DNA from: an uncultured delta proteobacterium
GTDB taxonomy: Bacteria > Desulfobacterota > Desulfobaccia > Desulfobaccales > 0-14-0-80-60-11
Reading direction: 5' to 3'
Assembly: GCA_963812015.1 (NCBI GenBank)
Contig: CAWETI010000002.1
Span: forward strand, 480,001-544,000
Length of the DNA: 64,000 nucleotides
Shown in pieces: positions 28,813-39,472 of this stretch (its first letter is position 1; each line of letters begins with the position of its first letter). A model generated the notes under the pieces. That model did not search any database and was not told where the DNA came from. It saw only the letters and a list, made by a program, of their open reading frames with translations. Both the position numbers and the translations under genes were made by a program.

Positions 28813-31104
28813 GTGAGGCAATCACTCCCGGAATCGGAGGTCGACGGCTCTCGACCAGACCAATTTAGAGGAAATTTCGGCGGTTCCTTGGCACAACCCA
28901 AACTTCCCCAATCCCCGGACCTGAACTCTCCTCCCCTGGACACCCTGGAGGGAACGGTGGAGCGCCTCACCTTCGCCGATCCGGACAGCCACTACGCCGT
29001 CGTGCGCCTCAAGGTCAGGGGGCGCCGCCAGCCCGCCACGGTCGTGGGCCCTCTGGCGGCCGTCAAGGAAGGGGAACAGCTCCACCTCAAGGGCCGCTAC
29101 GAGGTGCATCCCAAGTGGGGAGAGCAGTTCCGGGTGGTCTGGTGGTACGCGGTGCTTCCCGCCACGGTGGCGGGCATCGAAAAATACCTGGCCTCGGGGC
29201 TCATCAAGGGCATCGGCCCGGAACTGGCCCAGCGCCTGGTGGCTCATTTCGGTCCTGATACCCTGACGGTCATTGACGACCACCCGGAGCGCCTGGCGGA
29301 GGTGTCCGGGATCGGTCCTAAACGGTTGGAACAGATTCGCGGGGACTGGCAGAGCCAGAAAGCGGCCCGGGAGGTCCTGGTGGCCCTGCAAGGCCTGGGA
29401 GTCGGCATGGCTCAGGCCACCAAGATCTTTCAGCAATATGGCGACCAGGCGGTGGAAGTAGTGACCACCAACCCTTACCAGTTGGCCCTGGATATCCACG
29501 GCCTGGGCTTTCTCACCGCCGATCGCCTGGCCGGCCGCCTCAACCTGGACCCCCTGACCCCGGCCCGTCTAGCCGCGGGGCTGCTGCACATCCTGGACAG
29601 CATGGCAGGGGAGGGCCATGTCTACGTCCCGGAAGACGTGCTCCTGCACCGGACCGAGGAATTGCTCCAGGTCCCCCGCCCACCCCTATTGGCGGCCCTG
29701 GAAGGCCTGGCCCGGGAAGGGCGGGTGGTGCTGCCGGAGTTGCCGGACGGCCGGGGCGTGTACAAAAAGCCCGCCTGGGTGGCGGAAACCGGAGTGGCCC
29801 GGTCCTTGGGGAGCCTGCTCACGGCCGCCGGGGGCCACCCGCCGCTCCACCTCGAGGACCTCATCGTCCGGGTCCAACAGGCCTTGGGCCTCACCCTGGC
29901 GCCGGAGCAGTCAGCGGCCGTGGCCGCGGCCCTCACGGACAAGGTGCTCATCATTACCGGCGGCCCCGGCACCGGCAAGACCACCATTGTCAGCTGCATC
30001 CTGGACCTCTACCAGGGTCTGGGGGCCCGGGTCCTGCTCATGGCCCCCACCGGCCGGGCCGCCAAGCGCCTGAGCGAGACCACCGGTATGGCCGCTACCA
30101 CCATCCACCGGGCCCTGGAGTTTTCCCCCCAGACCGGCGGCTTCCGCCGCAGTCCCGCCGACCCTTTGAAGGCGGAGGTGGTGGTGGTGGATGAGACCTC
30201 CATGGTGGACACTTACCTGATGTATCATCTGCTCCGGGCGATTCCCCTGGCGGCCCACCTCATTCTGGTGGGGGACGCGCACCAGCTTCCGGCGGTGGGG
30301 CCGGGGAACATCCTCAAAGACCTGATGGATTCCGGGGTGATCAAGGTGGCCCGTCTCACCCAGATCTACCGCCAGGCCAAAGAGAGCCTCATCGTGGTCA
30401 ACGCCCACCGCATCAACCAGGGGGACTACCCCTTCCTGCCCCAGACGTTCGGCAAGGACGACTTCGTCTTCCTGGAACTGGATGACCCCGAGGCCATCAA
30501 GGCCAAGCTCTTGGACCTGGTGTCCGAGGAATTGCCCCGGCGTTATGGCCTGGACCCCGTGCGGGACCTTCAGGTGATTACCCCGATGCACCGGGGGCCG
30601 GTGGGCATCCAGACCCTGAACGTTGAGCTGCAGCAGCGCCTCAACCCCGATAGCGAACGCTGGTCCTGGGGGGGCCGGGTTTACCGCCGGCATGACAAGG
30701 TCATGCAACTCCGGAACAATTACTACAAAGAGGTGTTCAACGGCGATATCGGCCAGGTCTGCGGTTTTCTCGGCGCCACCGGCCAGCTCCAGGTGGATTT
30801 TGAGGGGCGGGTGATCACCTATGATGCCGGGGAACGGGAAGACCTTACCCTGGCGTATGCCGTCACGGTCCACAAGGCCCAGGGGAGTGAATTTCCCGCG
30901 GTCCTCCTGGTGCTCACCACCCACCACTACATGATGTTGCAGCGGAATCTCTTGTACACCGCCCTCACCCGGGGACGGCGTCTGGTGGTGGTGCTGGGCA
31001 GCAAACGGGCCATCGGCATGGCCATCAGGAACGACCGGCCCATCCGACGGTACACCCATCTGGCGGCCCGTTTACAGGAAACCCTGATCCGGCCAACGGG
31101 GTAA
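28813..31104 (+). CDS. recD2: ATP-dependent RecD2-like DNA helicase
   Basis: GLIKGIGP, NPYQL, GGPGTGKTT, APTGRAAKR, YAVTVHKAQGSE; start codon uncertain. Confidence 0.93.
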   Translation: MRQSLPESEVDGSRPDQFRGNFGGSLAQPKLPQSPDLNSPPLDTLEGTVERLTFADPDSHYAVVRLKVRGRRQPATVVGPLAAVKEGEQLHLKGRYEVHPKWGEQFRVVWWYAVLPATVAGIEKYLASGLIKGIGPELAQRLVAHFGPDTLTVIDDHPERLAEVSGIGPKRLEQIRGDWQSQKAAREVLVALQGLGVGMAQATKIFQQYGDQAVEVVTTNPYQLALDIHGLGFLTADRLAGRLNLDPLTPARLAAGLLHILDSMAGEGHVYVPEDVLLHRTEELLQVPRPPLLAALEGLAREGRVVLPELPDGRGVYKKPAWVAETGVARSLGSLLTAAGGHPPLHLEDLIVRVQQALGLTLAPEQSAAVAAALTDKVLIITGGPGTGKTTIVSCILDLYQGLGARVLLMAPTGRAAKRLSETTGMAATTIHRALEFSPQTGGFRRSPADPLKAEVVVVDETSMVDTYLMYHLLRAIPLAAHLILVGDAHQLPAVGPGNILKDLMDSGVIKVARLTQIYRQAKESLIVVNAHRINQGDYPFLPQTFGKDDFVFLELDDPEAIKAKLLDLVSEELPRRYGLDPVRDLQVITPMHRGPVGIQTLNVELQQRLNPDSERWSWGGRVYRRHDKVMQLRNNYYKEVFNGDIGQVCGFLGATGQLQVDFEGRVITYDAGEREDLTLAYAVTVHKAQGSEFPAVLLVLTTHHYMMLQRNLLYTALTRGRRLVVVLGSKRAIGMAIRNDRPIRRYTHLAARLQETLIRPTG

Positions 31105-31110
31105 AAATGC

Positions 31111-31139
31111 TTGACAATTACGCCTCGCAAGAGCACAAT
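31111..31139 (+). promoter_or_regulatory. sigma70 promoter of zapB-zapA
   Basis: TTGACA-17 nt-CACAAT. Confidence 0.55.
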
Positions 31140-31161
31140 CAAAATATGATGGGGGTTACGC

Positions 31162-31398
31162 GTGGTAACTGATCTGTTTACTACCCTGGAACAAAAACTG
31201 GAACGAGTTCTGAGTAAAGTGGCCGAATTGCAAGAAGCCAACGCCGCGCTTACCAAAAGCCTGGCCGAAAAGGAAGAGGTCCTCAAGGTAGGCGAGGCGG
31301 AGCTGGCCCGGGTCTCCCGGGAACGGGAGATGGTCAGGCAGCGGATCGACAAGATCCTCAACCGTTTAAAATTTATTGATACGGGAGAATCGGCATAG
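31162..31398 (+). CDS. zapB: cell division protein ZapB-like coiled coil
   Basis: short coiled coil (LEQKLERVL...RQRIDKIL) immediately before zapA. Confidence 0.65.
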   Translation: MVTDLFTTLEQKLERVLSKVAELQEANAALTKSLAEKEEVLKVGEAELARVSREREMVRQRIDKILNRLKFIDTGESA

Positions 31399-31427
31399 AT
31401 ACGGTCCAGGAGACCACGCCGGTAACC

Positions 31428-31709
31428 GTGGAAATATTGGGCCGCACCTTCACCTTGAAGGGGAGCATGACTGCGGAGAGCCTGCACGCCGTGGCGCGGG
31501 AGGTGGATACGCAGCTCCGTGAGTTGCAGCGGGCCTTTCCCACCAGGCCCTTAAGTGACCTGGCAATCCTGGCGGCATTGAACCTGGCATATGAATGCCT
31601 GGAGAGTAAGGAGGACTATCACCAGCTCCATGGGGAAATCGAGAAGCGGTCCAGACAGTTAATCCAAATACTGGAGGCAAGCGATATATCTTTTCTCCCC
31701 GGTCCGTGA
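31428..31709 (+). CDS. zapA: cell division protein ZapA
   Basis: EILGRTFTL, VAREVD, LAILAALNLAYE. Confidence 0.85.
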   Translation: MEILGRTFTLKGSMTAESLHAVAREVDTQLRELQRAFPTRPLSDLAILAALNLAYECLESKEDYHQLHGEIEKRSRQLIQILEASDISFLPGP

Positions 31710-31877
31710 CGCCGTTGATGAGCCATCCGGCTCGGAGAGGCGCCGCAGTCATGGCAGAAAAGAACTGGGTGAGGGAACGGACGGGACGACAGGAAAGTAT
31801 TCCGGGCGGCAGCACAATGACGGTCCGGTCAGAAATATTGACCCCGGCGGGGAAAGGTTAACAGGCATAAGATCCCG

Positions 31878-32052
31878 GGAGGTTCGGCGGGATTCCATTC
31901 ATATATAGGGGGGATAGCGTCAAAGCAGACCTGAGCCTCGCAACCATGGCATGACGAATAGCGTGCAAAGTATGATTTAACTTGATAGTAATGAACCACC
32001 GGCATCGCCCTTAATCCTCTTCCGCCCTAGAAGAATCCGCCGTGGCCCCTCC
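31878..32052 (+). ncRNA. candidate 6S-like RNA between zapA and rny
   Basis: 175-nt rod: GGAGG/CCTCC, CGGCGGGATTC/GAATCCGCCG, TAGGG/CCCTA; lies after zapA, where ssrS is often found. Confidence 0.35.
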
Positions 32053-32170
32053 TGCCACCGCCCGCCGTCTCGACCCCGCCCGGGTTTATTAGTGTGAAAT
32101 TTGATCCGTCCCGGCCATGGCCGGGGCCTGTAGCGCTATCAGGGCAGTAATTTCGCTCAAGGGAATTTAC

Positions 32171-33730
32171 ATGACCATATGGTATTTTTTTGTAGAGATT
32201 CTTCTGGTGGGCCTCGGCTTCGTGGCTGGCTTTTTCTACCGCAAGTATGTGATGGACAGCCACCAGCAGTCTTTGGAGGCGCTGGGCAAGAAGATCCTGG
32301 ATGAAGCCCGCAAGGATGGCGAGAGCATCAGGAAGGAGGCTAAACTCCAGGCCAAAGACCAGCTCTTGCAGATGAAGACGGACTTCGAAAAAGAAACTCA
32401 CGAGCGGCGCCACGAACTCAACCAGCTGGAGCGCCGCCTTCTCCAGAAAGAGGAAAACCTGGAGAAGAAAGGGGCTCTGGTGGACGAACGGGACACCGAG
32501 CTGATCAAGAAGCACAAACTGGCAGCCAAACTGGAAGAGGACCTCAAGGCCCAGGCGGAACGGTACCAGCAATTGGTGACGGAACAGAATACCCGCCTGG
32601 AGCACCTGGCCGGCATGAGCGCCCAGGAGGCCAAAGACCATCTCCTCCATTCCATGGAGCGGGAAATCCGGGCCGACGCCGCCCGCCTGGTGAAGCGCAT
32701 CGAGACCGAAGCCAAGGAGCACGCCGACCGCAAGGCCAAAGAGATTATCGGGCTGGCCATCAAACGCTATGCTTCGGACTATGTGGCCGAGCAGACCGTC
32801 TCGGTGGTGGCCTTGCCCAACGAAGAGATGAAAGGGCGCATCATCGGCCGGGAAGGCCGAAACATCCGCGCCCTGGAAGCCGCCACCGGAGTGGACATCA
32901 TTATCGACGACACCCCGGAAGCGGTCATCTTGAGCGCCTTCAACCCGGTGCGCCGGGAGGTGGCCCGGCGGAGCCTGGAACGCCTCATCTCCGACGGCCG
33001 CATCCATCCCGGACGCATCGAAGAGATCGTGGAGAAGGTCACCCAGGAACTGGAGGTGAATATCCGGGAGGCGGGGGAGGAAGCCGCCTTTGACGCCGGG
33101 GTGCACGGGCTCCACCCGGAGTTGGTCAAGCTCCTGGGCAAGCTGAAGTTCCGCACCAGCTACGCCCAAAACGTCTTGCAACATTCGGTGGAAGTCTGCT
33201 ACCTCTGCGGCATTATGGCCGCCGAACTGGGTCTCAACGTCAAGCACGCCAAGCGGGCCGGATTGCTCCATGACATCGGCAAGGCCGTGGACCAGGAGGC
33301 CGAGGGCGTCCATGCCCTCATCGGCGCTGATCTGGCCAAACGCCACGGCGAGTCTCCCAAGGTGGTGCATGCCATCGCCGCGCACCACGAAGACGTCCAG
33401 CCTGAGAACATCCTGGCGGTCCTGGTGCAGGCGGCCGACACCCTCTCGGGGGCCCGGCCGGGGGCCCGGCGGGAGATGCTGGAGACCTACGTCAAACGCC
33501 TGGAAGACCTGGAAAGGGTGGCCCTGTCGTTCGGCGGCATCAGCAAAACCTACGCCATCCAGGCCGGCCGGGAGATCCGCCTCATCGTGGAAAGCGAGAA
33601 GGTCAACGACGAAGAAGCGGCCCTGCTCAGCCGGGAGGTGGCCAAGAAGATCGAACAGGACCTCACCTATCCCGGGCAGATCAAGGTCACCGTCATCCGG
33701 GAGACCCGGTCGGTGGAATACGCCCGCTGA
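32171..33730 (+). CDS. rny: ribonuclease Y
   Basis: TM helix, coiled coil, KH (KGRIIGREGRNIR), HD (LLHDIGK). Confidence 0.96.
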   Translation: MTIWYFFVEILLVGLGFVAGFFYRKYVMDSHQQSLEALGKKILDEARKDGESIRKEAKLQAKDQLLQMKTDFEKETHERRHELNQLERRLLQKEENLEKKGALVDERDTELIKKHKLAAKLEEDLKAQAERYQQLVTEQNTRLEHLAGMSAQEAKDHLLHSMEREIRADAARLVKRIETEAKEHADRKAKEIIGLAIKRYASDYVAEQTVSVVALPNEEMKGRIIGREGRNIRALEAATGVDIIIDDTPEAVILSAFNPVRREVARRSLERLISDGRIHPGRIEEIVEKVTQELEVNIREAGEEAAFDAGVHGLHPELVKLLGKLKFRTSYAQNVLQHSVEVCYLCGIMAAELGLNVKHAKRAGLLHDIGKAVDQEAEGVHALIGADLAKRHGESPKVVHAIAAHHEDVQPENILAVLVQAADTLSGARPGARREMLETYVKRLEDLERVALSFGGISKTYAIQAGREIRLIVESEKVNDEEAALLSREVAKKIEQDLTYPGQIKVTVIRETRSVEYAR

Positions 33731-33744
33731 GGCCCGGTGAATCC

Positions 33745-34527
33745 ATGAATATCTTGTTCATCGGCGATATCGTGGGGGCCCCGGGACGGCGGGTGATGGA
33801 AGAACTCTTGCCCCGGGCGGTGGATCACTATTGCATCGATTTGGTGGTGGCCAACGGTGAAAACGCCTCCGGCGGCCTCGGCATCACCCCCCAGGTGGCC
33901 GACCAGTTCCTGAGCCAGGGGGTGGACGTCCTCACCAGCGGCAACCACATCTGGAAACACAAAGAGATTCTTCCCTATCTGGAGGACACCGACCGCCTGC
34001 TGCGCCCGGCCAATTACCCCCCGGGGGCTCCCGGGCGGGGGCTGGTCACGGTGGAGACCGCCGCCGGCGAGCCTGTGGCCATCATCAATCTGGAAGGCCG
34101 GGTCTTCATGAACGCCATTGAGTGCCCCTTCCGCACGGTGGATCGGCTCCTGGAAACCCTGTCCCCGGAAGTGAAGGTCATCCTGGTGGACATGCACGCC
34201 GAGGCCACCAGCGAGAAGCAGGCCATGGGCTGGCACCTGGACGGCCGGGTGAGCGCCATGGTGGGGACCCACACCCACGTCCAGACCGCCGACGAGCGCA
34301 TCCTGCCGGGGGGCACCGGTTATATCAGCGACATCGGCATGACGGGCCCGGTGGATTCGGTCATCGGTATGAAGCGGGAGATCATCCTGGAGCGCTTCCT
34401 GACCCAGCGGCCCCACCCCTTTAAAGTGGCCACCCAGAACATGCAACTTCAGGGCGTGGTGCTGAAAATCGACGCTCAGGGCCGCTGTCAGGAAGTCATC
34501 CGGGTGCAAATGCCGCTAAAATCCTGA
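33745..34527 (+). CDS. ymdB: YmdB-like metallophosphoesterase
   Basis: GDIVG, NGEN, SGNH, HAEATSEK, GTHTHVQTAD; follows rny. Confidence 0.9.
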   Translation: MNILFIGDIVGAPGRRVMEELLPRAVDHYCIDLVVANGENASGGLGITPQVADQFLSQGVDVLTSGNHIWKHKEILPYLEDTDRLLRPANYPPGAPGRGLVTVETAAGEPVAIINLEGRVFMNAIECPFRTVDRLLETLSPEVKVILVDMHAEATSEKQAMGWHLDGRVSAMVGTHTHVQTADERILPGGTGYISDIGMTGPVDSVIGMKREIILERFLTQRPHPFKVATQNMQLQGVVLKIDAQGRCQEVIRVQMPLKS

Positions 34528-34535
34528 AACCCGGC

Positions 34536-34754
34536 ATGGGCCACACCTTCCAAGTATTCCAGGCCGTCCTGGCCTTCACCTTCATGGTCTTGCGGTGCGT
34601 TTTCCTGTAAAATCGGGGAGTCATCCGGGAGGAACCCGGCTCGGTCTTTGGGCAGTTGTTGACCGAGGTGGCCTTGCCGGTGGTGATCTTTGCCAAGTCG
34701 GCCACCAGCCCATGGGATCTTGCGAACCTGGCCGACACCGTGCAGGGGAGATGA
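34536..34754 (+). pseudogene. 5' remnant of an AEC-family membrane transporter with in-frame stop
   Basis: MGHTFQVFQAVLAFTFMVLRCVFL*NRGVIREEPGSVFGQLLTEVALPVVIFAK; TAA at 34608-34610. Confidence 0.5.
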
Positions 34755-34798
34755 TTACGGCTCGCTTCGCCGTCGTCATGGCGTTGTCTTGAGGCTTA

Positions 34799-35035
34799 AT
34801 GGGGTCGGGGGGCGGCATCCTGGGAGGGCTGGGAGGCGCCGGCGAGACCCAGGTGCTCCGGACCATCACCGACGACCTCACCCGCCATGACCTGAAGAAC
34901 CGGCCCATCAAGCCCGGGGAGCTGGCCTACGGCCGCATCCTCTTTCCCGGGGAGGCAGGCCAACCCCAGTCCCTCAGGCTGCAACTGCAAGACCAGGCCA
35001 CCGGCCAGGTGTACACCCTGAACCTGAATTTTTAA
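34799..35035 (+). pseudogene. probable C-terminal fragment of a larger exported protein
   Basis: coding-like codon usage, begins in a Gly-rich stretch, no RBS or plausible N-terminus. Confidence 0.4.
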
Positions 35036-35211
35036 GTTTTGAGCCGGGTTCAGACAGACCTTGAGAGCCAAAGACCTGCCGGTCCCGGCCCCGGCGTCCG
35101 CTGAGAGGGGGGAAGGCGAAATCGGCATGTTTTTCCATTGATAAACCTGCCCTGCTGGTTTAAATAATAACGATACCCCGTTTTATGAAATAACCGAAAA
35201 AAGGACCTCCC

Positions 35212-36372
35212 ATGAAAATTCACGAATATCAAGCCAAAGATTTGCTGAAGCAATTTAACGTGCCGGTGCCCCAGGGCAACGTGGCCACGACCTCCCGGGA
35301 AGCCCGGCAGGTGGCGGAAGAATTGTCCGAAGGCCCCTTTGTGGTCAAGGCCCAGATTCACGCCGGGGGCCGGGGCAAGGGCGGGGGCATCAAGGTCGCG
35401 GCCACCTTTGAGGAAGTGGAGGGGGTGGCCGACCAGATCCTGGGCATGACCCTGGTCACGCCCCAGACGGGCCCCGAAGGCAAGGTGGTCAACAAGGTCC
35501 TGGTAGAGCAGGCCCAGGACATCGCCCAGGAACTTTACCTGGGGATGGTAGTGGACCGGGCCTCGGGCCGGCCGGTGATCATGATGAGCGCCGAGGGCGG
35601 CATGGAGATCGAGGAAGTGGCGGCCCGGACCCCTTCGCTGATCTTCAAGGAGGCGGTGGACCCGGCCACGGGCTGCATGGCCTACCAGGCCCGGAACCTG
35701 GCCTTTGGGATTGGGCTGAGCCCCACCCTGATCCGCCCGGCCACGAGTTTCATCGAGAATCTCTATCGCATGTTCACCAGCCTGGACTGCTCCCTGGCGG
35801 AGATCAACCCCCTGGTGGTCACCAAGGGCGGGGCCATGCTGGCCCTGGACGCCAAGCTCAACCTGGATGACAACGCCATGTTCCGGCACCACGACCTGGC
35901 GGCCATGGAAGACCCGGACGAAATGGACCCCCTGGAGCATGAAGCCCGGAAGCACCACCTCAACTACATTCGCCTCACCGGGAATGTGGGGGCCATGGTG
36001 AACGGGGCCGGTCTGGCCATGGCCACCATGGACCTGATCAAGGCCGCCGGGGCCGAACCCGCCAACTTTTTGGACGTGGGCGGCGGGGCCTCGGCCGAAA
36101 TGGTGGCCAACGGCTTCCGGATCATCCTGGGAGACCCCAACGTTAAAGGGGTGCTCATCAACATTTTCGGTGGCATCCTCCGGTGCGACGTTTTGGCCAA
36201 CGGGGTGGTGGAGGCGGTGAAACAGGTGCAGGTCAAGGTGCCCATCATCGTGCGCTTGGAAGGCACCAACGTGGAGCAGGGCCGGGAGATCCTGGACAAA
36301 TCCGGCCTCACCTTCACCGTGGCCACCGATATGCTGGACGCCGCCAAGAAAGTGGCGGCGCTGGTCGGGTAA
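35212..36372 (+). CDS. sucC: succinate-CoA ligase (ADP-forming) beta subunit
   Basis: MKIHEYQAK, KAQIHAGGRGKGGG, NGAGLAMATMD, NIFGGILRCD. Confidence 0.96.
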   Translation: MKIHEYQAKDLLKQFNVPVPQGNVATTSREARQVAEELSEGPFVVKAQIHAGGRGKGGGIKVAATFEEVEGVADQILGMTLVTPQTGPEGKVVNKVLVEQAQDIAQELYLGMVVDRASGRPVIMMSAEGGMEIEEVAARTPSLIFKEAVDPATGCMAYQARNLAFGIGLSPTLIRPATSFIENLYRMFTSLDCSLAEINPLVVTKGGAMLALDAKLNLDDNAMFRHHDLAAMEDPDEMDPLEHEARKHHLNYIRLTGNVGAMVNGAGLAMATMDLIKAAGAEPANFLDVGGGASAEMVANGFRIILGDPNVKGVLINIFGGILRCDVLANGVVEAVKQVQVKVPIIVRLEGTNVEQGREILDKSGLTFTVATDMLDAAKKVAALVG

Positions 36373-36532
36373 GCCACCCGGCCGGGATGGGGATGCCGGT
36401 TCATCTTGCGGGGCGGCACTACCGGGAATCTGGTAAAATTTGTTCGCACCGGGATAACATTTAAGCCCTCGCCACGGTCTTATTAGGCAGAAATCCCCCC
36501 TGAGGGGGAAACGCCGGAAGAGAGGTTTGACG

Positions 36533-37009
36533 ATGATCAAGAAACTGAGCATGATGGTGGCCGCTTTGGGTGTGTTGGCCTTCCTCACGGCCCCGCCGTC
36601 CGGGGCCCAGCAGCAGGCCCCCCCGGCGGCAGTCCCGGGGCAGCCGGCCGCCCGGCAAGCGGCCAGGCTTTACAATCCCCAGACTGTGGAGATCCTGGCG
36701 GGAAGAGTGGTGGCCATCAACCGCCTTGCCCCCAAGAAGGCCGGCCGGCCCGTGCGAGTGACGATGGTCCTCCAGACCGACCAGGGAGCCGTTAAGGTCC
36801 ACCTGGGGCCCGCCGACTTTATCGACCAACAGATGATACTGGCCGTAGGCGACCAGGTGGAGGTCAAAGGCGTGCGGATCACCCGCCCCCGTGTAACCAT
36901 GTTTATTGCCGGCGAGGTGAAAAAGGGCGACCAGGTTTTGAAGCTCCGGGACGACGCCACCGGGCGGCCCTTGTGGTTTAAGGGGAAAAATCCTGGCGGG
37001 GCCATGTGA
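36533..37009 (+). CDS. exported hypothetical protein
   Basis: signal peptide; YNPQTVE, VHLGP, GDQVEVKG, LRDDATGRPLW. Confidence 0.7.
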   Translation: MIKKLSMMVAALGVLAFLTAPPSGAQQQAPPAAVPGQPAARQAARLYNPQTVEILAGRVVAINRLAPKKAGRPVRVTMVLQTDQGAVKVHLGPADFIDQQMILAVGDQVEVKGVRITRPRVTMFIAGEVKKGDQVLKLRDDATGRPLWFKGKNPGGAM

Positions 37010-37099
37010 TCCCGGGCCAGGCCGTAAAGTATGAGTTGGGGCAGGCATGGCGCCTGCCCCGTATATTTTCCGCTGCTGACCCCTGGCCCAGGAGGCCTG

Positions 37100-37525
37100 G
37101 TGAAGATCTATAAATTATCCCGGTCGATCCTAATTTTTATTTATGGCCTCTTGGGCTTTGTCTCGCTCATTGGGGTAATCATAATTTTCCAGGGCTTCAG
37201 GGGCGGCCTCACCCTGGGCCCGGCCCAACCTTTTTTCCTCCTCTGGCTGGGGGTGCTGGCCTGGGTCTGGTTTAGCTATGCAAGAATCCCGTTGACCATC
37301 ACCTGGCGGGATGAGGGGGTCCTGGAGTTCAAGAGCCTCATTGCCACCACGCAGGTGCCGGTGGAGGACGTCATCGCCATCAAAGCCACGCCCCTGAGCT
37401 GGGGCTTTATCAAGATAACCTACCAGGGGGGCAGCCTCAGGCTATTGTGCCAGATCACCGGCCTTTATGAACTGATCGGCGCCGTGAAGGCCAAAAACCC
37501 TCGGGTGGAGATCGTGGGGTGCTGA
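37100..37525 (+). CDS. hypothetical two-TM membrane protein
   Basis: two hydrophobic helices then a small soluble domain; GGAGG RBS before GTG. Confidence 0.6.
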   Translation: MKIYKLSRSILIFIYGLLGFVSLIGVIIIFQGFRGGLTLGPAQPFFLLWLGVLAWVWFSYARIPLTITWRDEGVLEFKSLIATTQVPVEDVIAIKATPLSWGFIKITYQGGSLRLLCQITGLYELIGAVKAKNPRVEIVGC

Positions 37526-37882
37526 GAATTTTGAGCTATCAGCAGTCAGCTTTCAGCCAAACCACCGATCATCGGAAGACCACCTCCAGATAAGGCAGGC
37601 CCCGCCCATCATTTCTTCCTTTCCTTTAAGGGATTTAGCCGCAATTTTCAGCCTTTCTGGCACTGGTCCCCCCGGGCATGGTTAATATTGACCCTTGGGG
37701 GCCATTACCGTTTCTAGATAAAAATTGACCAAGTTTGGGAGATATGCGAAACTCAAAAAACCGCCTGGTTTAGGCCGCAACGGGCACAGGCCGGGCCGGT
37801 GAGAATTATTTCCCGTTATTGCTGATAACCTGAAACGAGGGTTTCCGGTTATAACGAAATTCACGTTAATGAAAGGTGACGT

Positions 37883-38752
37883 ATGAGCGTTCTGGTAAAT
37901 AACGATACCCGGTTAGTGGTGCAAGGGATTACCGGCAAGGAGGGCTCTTTCCATGCCCGGGCCTGCGCCGAATACGGCACCAAGCTGGTGGCCGGGGTGA
38001 CCCCGGGCAAAGGCGGCCAGAAGATGGACGAGGTGCCGGTGTTCAACACCGTGGCCCAGGCAGTGAAAGACACGGGGGCCAATACCTCCATGATCTTCGT
38101 GCCCCCGGCCTTTGCCGCCGACGCCATCCTGGAGTCCGCCGCGGCGGGCATCAAGGTGGCGGTGTGCATCACCGAGGGCATCCCCACCCTGGATATGGTG
38201 CGGGTGATGGCCGCCCTGAGGGGTACGGACTGCCGCCTCATCGGCCCCAACTGCCCGGGGATCATCTCGCCGGGCCAGGCCAAGGTGGGGATTATGCCCG
38301 GCCACATCCACCGGCCGGGGCCCATGGGCCTGGTGTCCCGCAGCGGCACGTTGACCTATGAAGCGGTGCATCAACTCACCCTGCTGGGGATCGGCCAGAG
38401 CACCTGCGTGGGCATCGGCGGCGACCCCATTATCGGCACCACCTTCATCGACATGCTGCAACTGTTCGAGGCCGACCCCCAGACCGAGGGCATCGTGCTC
38501 ATCGGCGAGATCGGCGGCACCGCGGAAGAAGAGGCGGCCTCTTTCATCTCCCGGTACGTGTCGAAACCGGTGGTGAGTTTCATTGCCGGCCAGACCGCAC
38601 CTCCGGGCAAACGCATGGGCCATGCCGGGGCCATTATCTCCGGCGGCAGCGGCAAGGCCTCCGACAAAATGGCTGCCCTCACCAGCGTCGGGGTGACCGT
38701 GGTGGCCAATATCGGCGACCTGGGACAGGCGGTCAAGAGAGTGATGAGATAG
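37883..38752 (+). CDS. sucD: succinate-CoA ligase alpha subunit
   Basis: [28 protein letters not shown]. Confidence 0.96.
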   Translation: MSVLVNNDTRLVVQGITGKEGSFHARACAEYGTKLVAGVTPGKGGQKMDEVPVFNTVAQAVKDTGANTSMIFVPPAFAADAILESAAAGIKVAVCITEGIPTLDMVRVMAALRGTDCRLIGPNCPGIISPGQAKVGIMPGHIHRPGPMGLVSRSGTLTYEAVHQLTLLGIGQSTCVGIGGDPIIGTTFIDMLQLFEADPQTEGIVLIGEIGGTAEEEAASFISRYVSKPVVSFIAGQTAPPGKRMGHAGAIISGGSGKASDKMAALTSVGVTVVANIGDLGQAVKRVMR

Positions 38753-38764
38753 CGCGACTGAACC

Positions 38765-39331
38765 ATGAAGATCCTGCTCCACATCTGCTGTGCCCCCTGT
38801 GCGATCTATCCGGTAGAATCTCTGAAGATTTTGGGGCATCAGGTGCGGGGCTTTTTCTTTAATCCCAATATTCATCCGTACCAGGAGTTTGCCCGCCGGA
38901 TTGCCACCCTGGAGGACTATGCGGCCAAAACCAAGCTGCCCATCATCTGGGACCGCAGTTATCAGTTGGAAGATTTTTTGCGGAATATTGTTTTCCGGGA
39001 GCAGGAACGGTGCCGGTTCTGCTACTACCTGAGGCTCAAGGCCACGGCCCGGGTGGCCAAGGCCGGCAAGTTCGACGCCTTCACCTCCACCCTCCTCTAC
39101 AGTAAATTCCAGAACCATGAGGTGATCCGGGAGTTGGGGGAACAGGTGGTGCAGGAGGTGGGCGTGCCGTTTTATTACCTGGACTTTCGCAAAGGGTGGT
39201 CTTCAGGCAGGGCGAAGGCCAATAAGATGGGCCTCTACAAGCAGCAATACTGCGGCTGCATCTTCAGTGAACGGGACCGCTTCGAGCCTCGCGCCCAGGC
39301 CAGTCAGGGTGAAGGACTGGCCAAGCGGTAA
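38765..39331 (+). CDS. queH: epoxyqueuosine reductase QueH
   Basis: LLHICCAPC, NPNIHP, RCRFCY, QYCGCIFS. Confidence 0.9.
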   Translation: MKILLHICCAPCAIYPVESLKILGHQVRGFFFNPNIHPYQEFARRIATLEDYAAKTKLPIIWDRSYQLEDFLRNIVFREQERCRFCYYLRLKATARVAKAGKFDAFTSTLLYSKFQNHEVIRELGEQVVQEVGVPFYYLDFRKGWSSGRAKANKMGLYKQQYCGCIFSERDRFEPRAQASQGEGLAKR

Positions 39332-39472
39332 ATCCGGGAGGGGGGCATCCCACCCGCCTGCAGCTTAAGGCCAGGCCGCCGCGATCTACCGTCAGGGCAG
39401 GGGGCAAGGGGCGAAAGGCCAGGGGCTGCAAAAAGACTAAGGAATAACCGGGTTTATTTCGATAAGATTACT

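Noticed and set aside
36533..37009. Magnetosome gene (resemblance to MamS/MamX-like domains)
   Set aside because: No other magnetosome genes nearby and the resemblance is only from memory; kept as hypothetical.
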